NCBI GenBank assembly: GCA_018400815.1
Contig: JAGYLS010000040.1
Coordinates: 1 to 16,329 of the forward strand
Direction: 5' to 3'
Source: Candidatus Oleincola secundus
Lineage (GTDB): Bacteria > Atribacterota > Phoenicimicrobiia > Phoenicimicrobiales > Stramentimicrobiaceae
Length of the DNA stretch: 16,329 bases
This document shows, one piece after another, positions 8,359 to 16,329 of this stretch; the stretch's first letter is position 1, and each line of letters opens with the position of its first letter. The notes beneath the pieces are model-generated. The model saw only the letters and a list, made by a program, of their open reading frames with translations, was not told the DNA's origin and searched no databases. The translations under genes were made by a program, and so were the position numbers.

Positions 8359-8389
8359 TTGACAATACAAATAGCTTATAACATAATAG
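8359..8389 (+). promoter_or_regulatory. Possible sigma70-type promoter for the kinase-HIT-addBA genes
   Basis: Perfect TTGACA at 8359-8364. The best -10-like hexamer, TATAAG at 8384-8389, has a non-ideal 19-nt spacer. Confidence 0.3.
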
Positions 8390-8424
8390 AATTAATAAAT
8401 TTATTAAATTAAGGTTGGAGCGAG

Positions 8425-9354
8425 ATGTCAACTGTCATTATTATCGGTGCGATTAATTTGGATTGTATGGCTTATCTTCCTTATTTTCCGGTTGAAGGAG
8501 GAAACTTGCGTGCCAAAGATTTTAAATTCTGTCTTGGTGGCCATGGTGCAAATCAGGCAGTTGCTTTAAATAACTTAAAAGTTAACAGTTTATTAATGGG
8601 GAAAGTAGGCAATGACTTCGCTGGAGACCATATTCTATCTGTTTTAAAAAAATATAAGATTAATACGGAATATGTTTTTAAGAGCAATATTGGTAAAACC
8701 GGAATATGCTCTATTTTAGTCAGCCCTAACGGTGAAAATACCATTATCGGATTTCCTGCTGTAAATCGTATGGTTCAAGCGGATTTTTTGATGCGTTTTG
8801 AGCCTATTTTTGAATTGGCTGAATGGCTTAGCGTTTCCCTGGAATATCCAAAAGATACAGTGAAATTTGCCTTAAAATTAGCTAAAAAATGTCAATTAAA
8901 GACAGTGTTAGACCCTTCACCATTAATTGATTTGCCCGAAAAAGATTTATGGCCTATGGTAGATTATGCTTTACCCAATCAAAAAGAGTTAAAAATTTTA
9001 ACTGGAGAAGATGAAATGTTACAGGGAGCGAATGTACTCAAAGATTGGGGAGCAGGAGAAATAATTGTCAAACAGGGTGCAGGAGGAAGCAGTTTTTTAC
9101 ATCAGGATAACTTAATTAATGTATCTGCCTTTCCAACTAAATCCGTTGTCGATAGCACCGGAGCAGGTGATTTATTCAATGCTGCCTTTATCTATGGAAT
9201 GATTCAATCCAATTCTATTGCCAGGTCAGTGCAGATTGCCAACCTGGTTGCATCTTATTCAGTTCAGAAGAGGGGAACCTGTGAATCGTTTCCGGATAGA
9301 AGGGAAATTGACTGGGGACAGTTAGATAAGAGAAAAAATGATTTATTATTTTAG
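8425..9354 (+). CDS. rbsK: PfkB-family carbohydrate kinase, ribokinase-like
   Basis: 309 aa with N-terminal GAINLD, GGHGANQA (PfkB signature 1-like), GKVGNDFAG, LDPSP, PNQKE, VKQGAGG and DSTGAGDLF (signature 2). GGAG RBS. Confidence 0.88.
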   Translation: MSTVIIIGAINLDCMAYLPYFPVEGGNLRAKDFKFCLGGHGANQAVALNNLKVNSLLMGKVGNDFAGDHILSVLKKYKINTEYVFKSNIGKTGICSILVSPNGENTIIGFPAVNRMVQADFLMRFEPIFELAEWLSVSLEYPKDTVKFALKLAKKCQLKTVLDPSPLIDLPEKDLWPMVDYALPNQKELKILTGEDEMLQGANVLKDWGAGEIIVKQGAGGSSFLHQDNLINVSAFPTKSVVDSTGAGDLFNAAFIYGMIQSNSIARSVQIANLVASYSVQKRGTCESFPDRREIDWGQLDKRKNDLLF

Positions 9355-9420
9355 AGTTAAAAGAGCTTTAGAGAAAATCTTTTTCCAATAAACTTTTAGA
9401 TGATATAAGGAGCTGTTGTT

Positions 9421-9852
9421 ATGTCAGAAGAATGTACCTTTTGTAAGATTATCAACAAAGAGAAACAGGCTTATTTTGTTTATGAAGATGAGCATTGCGC
9501 AGCATTTCTAGATGCTTATCCGGTTAATGAAGGGCACACTCTGGTGGTACCTAAAAGACATTATGAAAATATCTATGATATCCCGGAAGAAATTCTTGCC
9601 CATATTATGAAAATAAGCAAGAGACTGGCTTTGGATTATCAAAAAATATTTCACTCAATAGGCTTGAACATTATTCAATCAAACGGAACAGCAGCCAAGC
9701 AAACAGTTTTTCATTTCCATTTACACATTATCCCCCGCTATCAGGATGATGGGTTGGCTTTATTTCGGCACCATTTTTCCAGGACCGATAGCGACCTTTC
9801 CGAAACTTATCAAAAGATTGTAGCATTTCAAAAACAACTTAAACCATCTTAG
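9421..9852 (+). CDS. HIT (histidine triad) family nucleotide-binding hydrolase
   Basis: 143 aa with CTFCKII, AFLD..P...GHTLVVPKRH and the triad QTVFHFHLHIIPR. AAGGAG RBS. Confidence 0.95.
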   Translation: MSEECTFCKIINKEKQAYFVYEDEHCAAFLDAYPVNEGHTLVVPKRHYENIYDIPEEILAHIMKISKRLALDYQKIFHSIGLNIIQSNGTAAKQTVFHFHLHIIPRYQDDGLALFRHHFSRTDSDLSETYQKIVAFQKQLKPS

Positions 9853-9865
9853 TAAGGTAAATTAT

Positions 9866-12800
9866 ATGTACCTATTATTAGAATCCTTACAGAAGATAAC
9901 ACAGAAATATCTTTTTGAAAAAAAAGTTATTATTGTACCTTCTTATTTGGATGGAAATACTTTAAAAAAAAATCTTTCCCATGAGGGATTTTCCGCTCTG
10001 AATTTCCGGAGTAGTACTCTTTTTGATTTTGCTAAAGAAATTTGTTCGGATGTCGTAATGAAAAAGGGTTTGAAAATCATGGATAGCCCGTTGGGGCAGG
10101 TTGTAATATTACAAATACTTAAAGAATTATCTTCACAGGACAGGCTGACTTATTTTCGATTACCTATTATTTCTCCGGGATTGGCAAAATCCATTTTTCG
10201 CACAATCAAAGAAATGAGAGTATCCGGTTATTTATCTGGTAATTGGCCTTCTGATGTATTTACAGGTTCGGAAAAAATGAAAGACCTACAGCAGGTTATG
10301 CTGGATTATGAAAAACAGTTAGGCAATAGAAATCTGATAGATGAAGCCGGGCTTTATTCTCTGGCAAGAAGGACAAATACAAAGAAAGACAATTCTATTT
10401 ATATTGTTCCTGCTAATATACAGATGAATGAATTAGAACTGGGATTCTTTAATGAAAAAATCAGACCCACTGCACATATACTTGAAATTTCCTGCCCGGA
10501 AGCAACGGTAGCTCCCCATTCCTTTTCTTTAACTGGCGTTCAGGAGAGGTTGCAATGTCAGGAGAAAAAAATTTTTGACTTTTTATTCAGCCGGGATGAA
10601 GTCCCTGATAGATTGCCTGAACCGGATATTGAATTCTATCAATCCTATGGAGGATATACGGAAACCAGGGAAGTCCTGAGGTATATTGCTGAGAAGGAAT
10701 TATCCCTTGATCAGGTCCAGGTTTTTTATACAACACAGGAACCATACTCACAATATTTCTATGAGTTATCTAATTTTTATGATATACCTGTAACTTTTTA
10801 CAGTGGGATACATATTAAAAATAGTCGTCCGGCCAGATTACTTTTTTCATTAATTGATTGGATAAATGATGATTATAGTGTTGCCAAACTATTTTCATTG
10901 TTAAATAGTGATCATATCAATTTGCATTTAGGAGAGCAGTTAGAGATTCGAGAAATGGCATCATTGTTACGTCAATCCCCGGTTGGCTGGGGTAGAAACC
11001 GTTATATCCCGGGCATCGAACTGGCTATTAGAGAAAGAGAAAGAAAGATTGAAAATGCTTCTGATGATAATGCTCAAAAATATCTGATTGAAATAGCACA
11101 TTACCGGGCATTAAAAGATTGGATTGAGAAAATATTTACAGAGATACCCCAAAGCAATTTTCATTATAGAGTGTCTCTTTCTGCCATTGCCCGCGGCTTT
11201 GGCAATATTATCAACCAATATGCAAAAATCGAAAAGAATAATAAGAATAATTTTCTTGATGAGGAAGCCAGTTCTATTATCCAGGAAAAAATGGACATGC
11301 TGGAGAAAAACGCCAGGAATGAGTTTTCGCTTAGTGAAGCTTTGCACCTGATTGAGGATTTGATAAATGAGATTCGTATTTGCTGCTCGGAGCCGCATGC
11401 CGGAAGCCTGCACGTTGCCAGTTACAAGAAGGGTATCTGGATGAATCGACCCTATACCTTTATTGTTGGAATGGACTCTCATAAATTTCCGGGAAATACC
11501 GATGAGGGGACAATATTCCTTGATACGGAGAAAAAGTTCTATAAACATTTACTAAGCGATGCACAGAAAAATAAAATTGAGCAATATAGATTACTTCAGC
11601 TTATCTTGTCTGCAACAGGGAAAAAAATCTTATCCTTTTCCTGTTTTGATACTGCAGACCAACGGGAACAGGCTCCTGCTTCAATGCTGTTACAGTTATA
11701 TCGCCTGAAGGAAAAGGATATTGGAAAGAACTATAATGATTTTTATCAATATTTAGGCGCAAAAAGAATATTAATTCCCAAAAAAAAGTCAGAGATTCTG
11801 GATAAGGGGGATATCTTTCTTTATTTTTCAAAACAGGAAAAGAGAAGTTTGGAATTTCTTGTTGAACAAGAATATCCCAATATTATAAAAGGAATCAAGG
11901 CAGACTTAGAGCGAAAAAAGGAAGAGTTCAATACCTATAATGGTAAGGTTGAAGTTATCGGTAAGAAAGTTGACCCACGTCAAAATCGTGGAATAATCTT
12001 ATCCAGTTCCAAGCTGGAGCGAATTGCCTATTGTCCTTATCTTTATTTTTTAAATGATATACTGAAGATAAAACCCCCCGAGGAAATGGCCTATGAACCG
12101 GGACAATGGATGAGTCCTTTAGAAAGAGGATTGCTTCTCCATCAGATTTATGAAAAATTCTATAAAACACTACTCAGTATTTCTAAAGGAAAATTAGAAC
12201 CTCCGTCCTTTAAAAAGCACTGGCCTATACTGGAAAATATTGTCCTGGAAAGCCTGGAAGAAAAAAGAAAATACCTGGCACCTCCCGGAGAATTAATTTA
12301 TCAGGCTGAGAAAAGAGGGATACTGGAGTCCTGTCAAATGTTTTTAACCGGGGAAGAGCAAAATTATCAGGGAGAGGTACCTGAATTCTTTGAACTGGCG
12401 TTTGGTACCAGGGATAATGAACACGAGGTTCTGGGAAAAGTCAGGGCAGTGGAATTAACCCTTCCTGATGGTGAGAAAATCAGTTTTCAGGGAAAAATTG
12501 ACCGGATAGATAGATTACCTGATGATACCTTCAGGATTATTGATTACAAGACGGGAATTTCCAGGGACTATAAAAAGGGAAAAAATTTTCGTCATGGTCA
12601 ACAGATACAGCATGCCTTATATGCTGTTTCCCTGGAGAAAATATTAGAAAAGAAAGATTATTGTCCTAAGCCGGAAGTTAGCCTGTCAGGTTATTATTTT
12701 CCGACTGTTCAGGGTCAAGGGCGTCTTGTCCTCTATGACAGAAAGGATAGAGAACAGGTTCTACAAATTATTGAAATCTTGCTTAATATAGTCACTCAGG

Positions 12801-12961
12801 GAAATTTTGCCATGACCAAAAAACCGGATGACTTTATGTGCCAGAATTATCAGGATATCATGGAACAGAATGAAATCATTTTTATCGAGGGGAATAAAAG
12901 CAAAATATATCAGAATGAACCTGCCCTGGATTGTATAAGGAGGCTACAGAACTTTGAATAA
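9866..12961 (+). CDS. addB: AddB-like subunit: inactive helicase scaffold plus C-terminal PD-(D/E)XK RecB-family nuclease
   Basis: 1031 aa. C-terminal LSSSKLE...CPY.YFL...L, RGLLLH, FEL.FG, GKIDRID, IIDYKTG and Q..LY. No Walker A motif. Overlaps the downstream UvrD-family gene. Confidence 0.82.
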   Translation: MYLLLESLQKITQKYLFEKKVIIVPSYLDGNTLKKNLSHEGFSALNFRSSTLFDFAKEICSDVVMKKGLKIMDSPLGQVVILQILKELSSQDRLTYFRLPIISPGLAKSIFRTIKEMRVSGYLSGNWPSDVFTGSEKMKDLQQVMLDYEKQLGNRNLIDEAGLYSLARRTNTKKDNSIYIVPANIQMNELELGFFNEKIRPTAHILEISCPEATVAPHSFSLTGVQERLQCQEKKIFDFLFSRDEVPDRLPEPDIEFYQSYGGYTETREVLRYIAEKELSLDQVQVFYTTQEPYSQYFYELSNFYDIPVTFYSGIHIKNSRPARLLFSLIDWINDDYSVAKLFSLLNSDHINLHLGEQLEIREMASLLRQSPVGWGRNRYIPGIELAIRERERKIENASDDNAQKYLIEIAHYRALKDWIEKIFTEIPQSNFHYRVSLSAIARGFGNIINQYAKIEKNNKNNFLDEEASSIIQEKMDMLEKNARNEFSLSEALHLIEDLINEIRICCSEPHAGSLHVASYKKGIWMNRPYTFIVGMDSHKFPGNTDEGTIFLDTEKKFYKHLLSDAQKNKIEQYRLLQLILSATGKKILSFSCFDTADQREQAPASMLLQLYRLKEKDIGKNYNDFYQYLGAKRILIPKKKSEILDKGDIFLYFSKQEKRSLEFLVEQEYPNIIKGIKADLERKKEEFNTYNGKVEVIGKKVDPRQNRGIILSSSKLERIAYCPYLYFLNDILKIKPPEEMAYEPGQWMSPLERGLLLHQIYEKFYKTLLSISKGKLEPPSFKKHWPILENIVLESLEEKRKYLAPPGELIYQAEKRGILESCQMFLTGEEQNYQGEVPEFFELAFGTRDNEHEVLGKVRAVELTLPDGEKISFQGKIDRIDRLPDDTFRIIDYKTGISRDYKKGKNFRHGQQIQHALYAVSLEKILEKKDYCPKPEVSLSGYYFPTVQGQGRLVLYDRKDREQVLQIIEILLNIVTQGNFAMTKKPDDFMCQNYQDIMEQNEIIFIEGNKSKIYQNEPALDCIRRLQNFE

Positions 12962-15900
12962 GAATTCCAAAGTAGCATTAAATGACAGTGAAGCCAGAAA
13001 TCAGATTGTTACCGACCTGAATCATAATTTCCTGGTTGAGGCAAGCGCCGGTTCAGGAAAAACATCCAGCCTGGTAAAAAGAATGGTTGCTCTTATTAGT
13101 TCTGGTGAATATTCTGTTGAACATATTACTGCTATTACCTTTACACGCAAAGCTGCCATTGAATTGAAGGAAAGGTTCCAGCAGGAAATTGAAATGGCCT
13201 TTATGGATACTGAACAATCCCGGGAAAGGGGCTTGCTGCAACAAGCACTGGCAAATATAGAACAGTGCTATCTTGGAACGATTCATTCCTTTTGTGCACG
13301 TATTTTGAGAGAGCGGCCTATTGAAGCAGGTTTAGACCCGGGTTTTAAAGAAATGGATGAGATTGACAATATATTATTTATGGAACAGGCCTGGGAGCAA
13401 TATTTAAGCAGTCTGAAGATACAGGATTCCCCCCTATTACAGAAGTTGGAAGAAGCAGGCATTCAGATACGGGAACTTAAGGAATGCTATAAACAGATTT
13501 GCCAGTATCCTGAAATACAGATAGTCCGCCAAAAGGCTTCCTGCCCTGATTTGAATCAGGCTATAGAACAGATCATTTCCTTTTCTAAAGAGGCAGTTGA
13601 ATATATACCCAAGCAGGAAACAGGACAAGGATATGATGCAATTCAACAGGCTGTTCTTTTAGTGCAAAGATTAAAGAACTATAGAGCCTATATGGAAAAA
13701 GATTTTAATAAAATTACCTTACTGGAAGCTTTTAATAAAAATTTTGCCGGTTCCGGACAGATAACCCTTAATCGCTGGTTATCAAAAGAAAAAGCCAAAG
13801 AATACAGAGATACAATATTGCCCCGGTTAAAAGAGGAATATATAGAACAGGTTATTAAAGAGTGGAGAGAATATTGTCATAATGATATTCTTCAATTTAT
13901 CCAACCGGCAGTGGATTACTACCATGTTTTTCGAGAGAAACGCTCTATGTTAAATTTCCAGGATTTACTATTAAAAACTGCCTTCCTTTTACGTGATAAT
14001 CCTGATATTCGTCGATATTTTCAGCAGAAGTATCGTTCCATACTGGTAGATGAATTTCAGGATACTGACCCTATCCAGGCAGAGATTATTTTCTATTTAA
14101 CCGGACATAATTTCCAGGAAAAAGACTGGAAAAAACTGGTTCCCCGAGCAGGTTCTCTGTTTATTGTCGGTGACCCGCAACAATCTATCTATCATTTTAG
14201 AAGAGCAGATATTGCGGTTTATAAACAGGTTAAATCTCTTATTAGAAACAGTAGGGGAAGAGTAATTAAGCTTAATGCCAATTTTCGTTCACTTCATTCT
14301 ATCGGAAAATATCTTAATCCCCTTTTTAATGAGTTGTTTTCTGCCCGGGAAGGAGAATTACAGGCGAAATATGCGCCTATGCAAACCGTTAGGCAAGACA
14401 GGAAGGGACATCTTTCCGGTATTCGACAGATTGTGATTTCCAAGGAGAAAGATAAAACAAAAACAATTGAAAATGATGCCCGGGCAATTGCCCGATTAAT
14501 CAGGGACTGGATAGACCGGAAGGTCAAGATTATCCGTACGGAAGAGGAATTGAAACAGAATATAGCTCCGGAAGTTAATTTTAGTGATTTTATGATACTA
14601 TTGCGCTATAAAAGCGGTATGGACATCTATGCCAGAGTACTGTCAGAATATGGAATCCCGGTTACGGTTTCCGGTTATGCTTCCATAAATCAATCCCAGA
14701 ATATACGTGAATTATTAAAATTATTACGTCTATTAAGGGATCCGGAAAATCAGGTATTATTGGTAGCTGTATTGCGGGGAATATTTTATGGTTTTTCCGA
14801 TCAGGAACTTTATGAATATAAGGCAGCAGGAGGAAGCTTTGATTTTTTATCTGATATTCCGGAAAACCTGGAAAGTGATTTAGCAGAGAAATTCAGGAAG
14901 GTTTTTGGAAATCTGAGAGATTATTATAAGTGGAGTTCAGAACTATTACCTGTAAATGTGCTGGAAAAAATCATGATTCAATCCGGTCTGCAGCCCTATG
15001 CTTGTGGAGATATTGGCGAAGATAATAAAGGAAATGAACTCTATTTTATACTTGAACATCTGAGAAAGTCAGATATCAATGATTTTTACACCTATGACGG
15101 GATGGTTGAAACATTGGAAAAGATATGGGAGTCAGGTATTGAAGAGGAATTGGATATGCTGGCTGAGGAAAACACAGTTCGGATTATGAATTTGCACAAA
15201 GCCAAGGGATTGGAATCACCTGTTGTATTTCTGGCTATTCCTTATCATAGCAATAACCAGGAACCTGAACATCATATTGAACGTCTTACTGAAATTCCCC
15301 GGGGTCATTTTCTGGTTAAGAGGGCACATCTTTATGGTAAGGGTAAAATTATTGCCCAACCAAAAAAATGGAAGGAATATTGCCAGTTAGAGACTTCCTA
15401 TCTACAAGCTGAAGAAATACGGCTTCTCTATGTTGCTACCACCAGGGCAAAAAATATGTTAGTTATCAGCAGTCTTGGTCAGGGTAATAGCAGTAACAAG
15501 AATAATCCGTGGAAGCCATTATTAAGAGACATTCAACCGGAAATGGTTCTGGAAATACCGGAAAAGCTAAAAATCGAGAAAAAGAGTAAGAGCAAAATTT
15601 ATAGTGTGGAAGAATTTGAAAAACAAAAAGAAATGACTGATAGATGGCATAAGCATGCTATAGCTAAAAATTTTCTTGAGAAAACGCCATCAGACCTGGA
15701 AAAGTTTGATGAAAATCAATCCAGGCTTATTCCTACTATAGACAAAGGTGGCATACATTGGGGTAATGCCGTACATGGGGTTCTGCAATACCTGGTAAGC
15801 AAGCAGCCGTCAGAAGAAATGCTTTTTTTATATATCAATTATTCCCTGGAAAAAAATAATATATCAACTCACCGGATAGATGAACTGTATCAGCTTGTTC

Positions 15901-16262
15901 AAAAATTCCGGGATAGTAAACTATTTTCCCGTATAGAAAAGTCTAAAAGGCGATTAACAGAAGTCCCCTTTAACTTAAAAATAATTTCAACAGATCCGCT
16001 TTATCAAAAATTAATCAGCGAGGAAGAAAAAAATGAAAAGGAGTCACGGCCTATCATTATGAATGGAACCATTGACCTGGTTTTCCGGGAATTAGAAGGA
16101 TGGGTTATTGTAGATTATAAAACAAATTGTCCCAAATATGAAAAAGGATATGAATATTTTCAGCAAAAATACCAGCAGCAGATTGATGTTTATAGTGCTA
16201 TCTGGCAAAAGATAAGTGGAGAAAAAGTAAAAGAAAAAATTATTCATTTTATAGCGAGGTAA
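12954..16262 (+). CDS. addA: AddA-like UvrD/SF1A helicase with C-terminal RecB-family nuclease
   Basis: 1102 aa with a TTG start and AAGGAGG at 12937-12943. Helicase motifs ASAGSGKT, AITFTRKAA, TIHSFC, LVDEFQDT, VGDPQQSIYHFRRAD, NFRS, MNLHKAKGLE and LLYVATTRAK. Nuclease motifs GNAVH, EVPF, GTIDLV, IVDYKT and QQQIDVY. Confidence 0.92.
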   Translation: MNKNSKVALNDSEARNQIVTDLNHNFLVEASAGSGKTSSLVKRMVALISSGEYSVEHITAITFTRKAAIELKERFQQEIEMAFMDTEQSRERGLLQQALANIEQCYLGTIHSFCARILRERPIEAGLDPGFKEMDEIDNILFMEQAWEQYLSSLKIQDSPLLQKLEEAGIQIRELKECYKQICQYPEIQIVRQKASCPDLNQAIEQIISFSKEAVEYIPKQETGQGYDAIQQAVLLVQRLKNYRAYMEKDFNKITLLEAFNKNFAGSGQITLNRWLSKEKAKEYRDTILPRLKEEYIEQVIKEWREYCHNDILQFIQPAVDYYHVFREKRSMLNFQDLLLKTAFLLRDNPDIRRYFQQKYRSILVDEFQDTDPIQAEIIFYLTGHNFQEKDWKKLVPRAGSLFIVGDPQQSIYHFRRADIAVYKQVKSLIRNSRGRVIKLNANFRSLHSIGKYLNPLFNELFSAREGELQAKYAPMQTVRQDRKGHLSGIRQIVISKEKDKTKTIENDARAIARLIRDWIDRKVKIIRTEEELKQNIAPEVNFSDFMILLRYKSGMDIYARVLSEYGIPVTVSGYASINQSQNIRELLKLLRLLRDPENQVLLVAVLRGIFYGFSDQELYEYKAAGGSFDFLSDIPENLESDLAEKFRKVFGNLRDYYKWSSELLPVNVLEKIMIQSGLQPYACGDIGEDNKGNELYFILEHLRKSDINDFYTYDGMVETLEKIWESGIEEELDMLAEENTVRIMNLHKAKGLESPVVFLAIPYHSNNQEPEHHIERLTEIPRGHFLVKRAHLYGKGKIIAQPKKWKEYCQLETSYLQAEEIRLLYVATTRAKNMLVISSLGQGNSSNKNNPWKPLLRDIQPEMVLEIPEKLKIEKKSKSKIYSVEEFEKQKEMTDRWHKHAIAKNFLEKTPSDLEKFDENQSRLIPTIDKGGIHWGNAVHGVLQYLVSKQPSEEMLFLYINYSLEKNNISTHRIDELYQLVQKFRDSKLFSRIEKSKRRLTEVPFNLKIISTDPLYQKLISEEEKNEKESRPIIMNGTIDLVFRELEGWVIVDYKTNCPKYEKGYEYFQQKYQQQIDVYSAIWQKISGEKVKEKIIHFIAR

Positions 16263-16329
16263 CCATTATTATTACTCCGGCTACCTCTTGGACCCCCTCA
16301 GACAATGCCTGTCATTAAAATACGGACAT

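Noticed and set aside
8246..8431. 61-aa minus-strand ORF over repeat copy 2
   Set aside because: It has no recognisable motif or RBS. Its partial resemblance to the 5380-5904 ORF only reflects the shared DNA repeat.
491..14527. Remaining short ORFs in the track (for example 805-1224, 1906-2262, 2958-3350, 11111-11548, 14294-14527)
   Set aside because: All lie antisense to or out of frame within well-supported genes and show no motifs.
9866..16262. Helicase-nuclease pair as a novel anti-phage defence system
   Set aside because: Sizes, gene order, motifs and housekeeping context all fit an AddAB-type recombination and repair complex.
16281..16328. Possible 3' end of a convergent minus-strand gene (CPYFNDRHCLRGSKR-stop)
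   Set aside because: Only 15 codons are visible at the window edge, which is too little to support a call.

Overview
AT-rich bacterial chromosomal window, probably from an anaerobe given the ferredoxin-type oxidoreductase, with ten co-oriented + strand genes. In order they encode an SDH/ClpP-fold serine protease, 2-oxoacid:ferredoxin oxidoreductase alpha and beta subunits, an alpha/beta hydrolase with an extra signal-like N-terminal module, a PlsC-type acyltransferase with a Zn-ribbon extension, a GltS-family Na+/glutamate symporter, a PfkB/ribokinase-family kinase, a HIT protein and an AddB/AddA-type helicase-nuclease pair. The ORF track does not show the most notable structure: two diverged direct copies (about 5246-5481 and 8148-8343) of a non-coding, hairpin-rich element of about 200-235 bp. 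The copies have conserved ends and a variable middle, and they bracket the acyltransferase-symporter pair. Their architecture best fits a transposase-less IS200/IS605-derived miniature element, with a structured ncRNA or regulatory repeat as the alternative. Several proteins also show substitutions in normally conserved motifs. All calls come from reading motifs by eye; no database searches were run.
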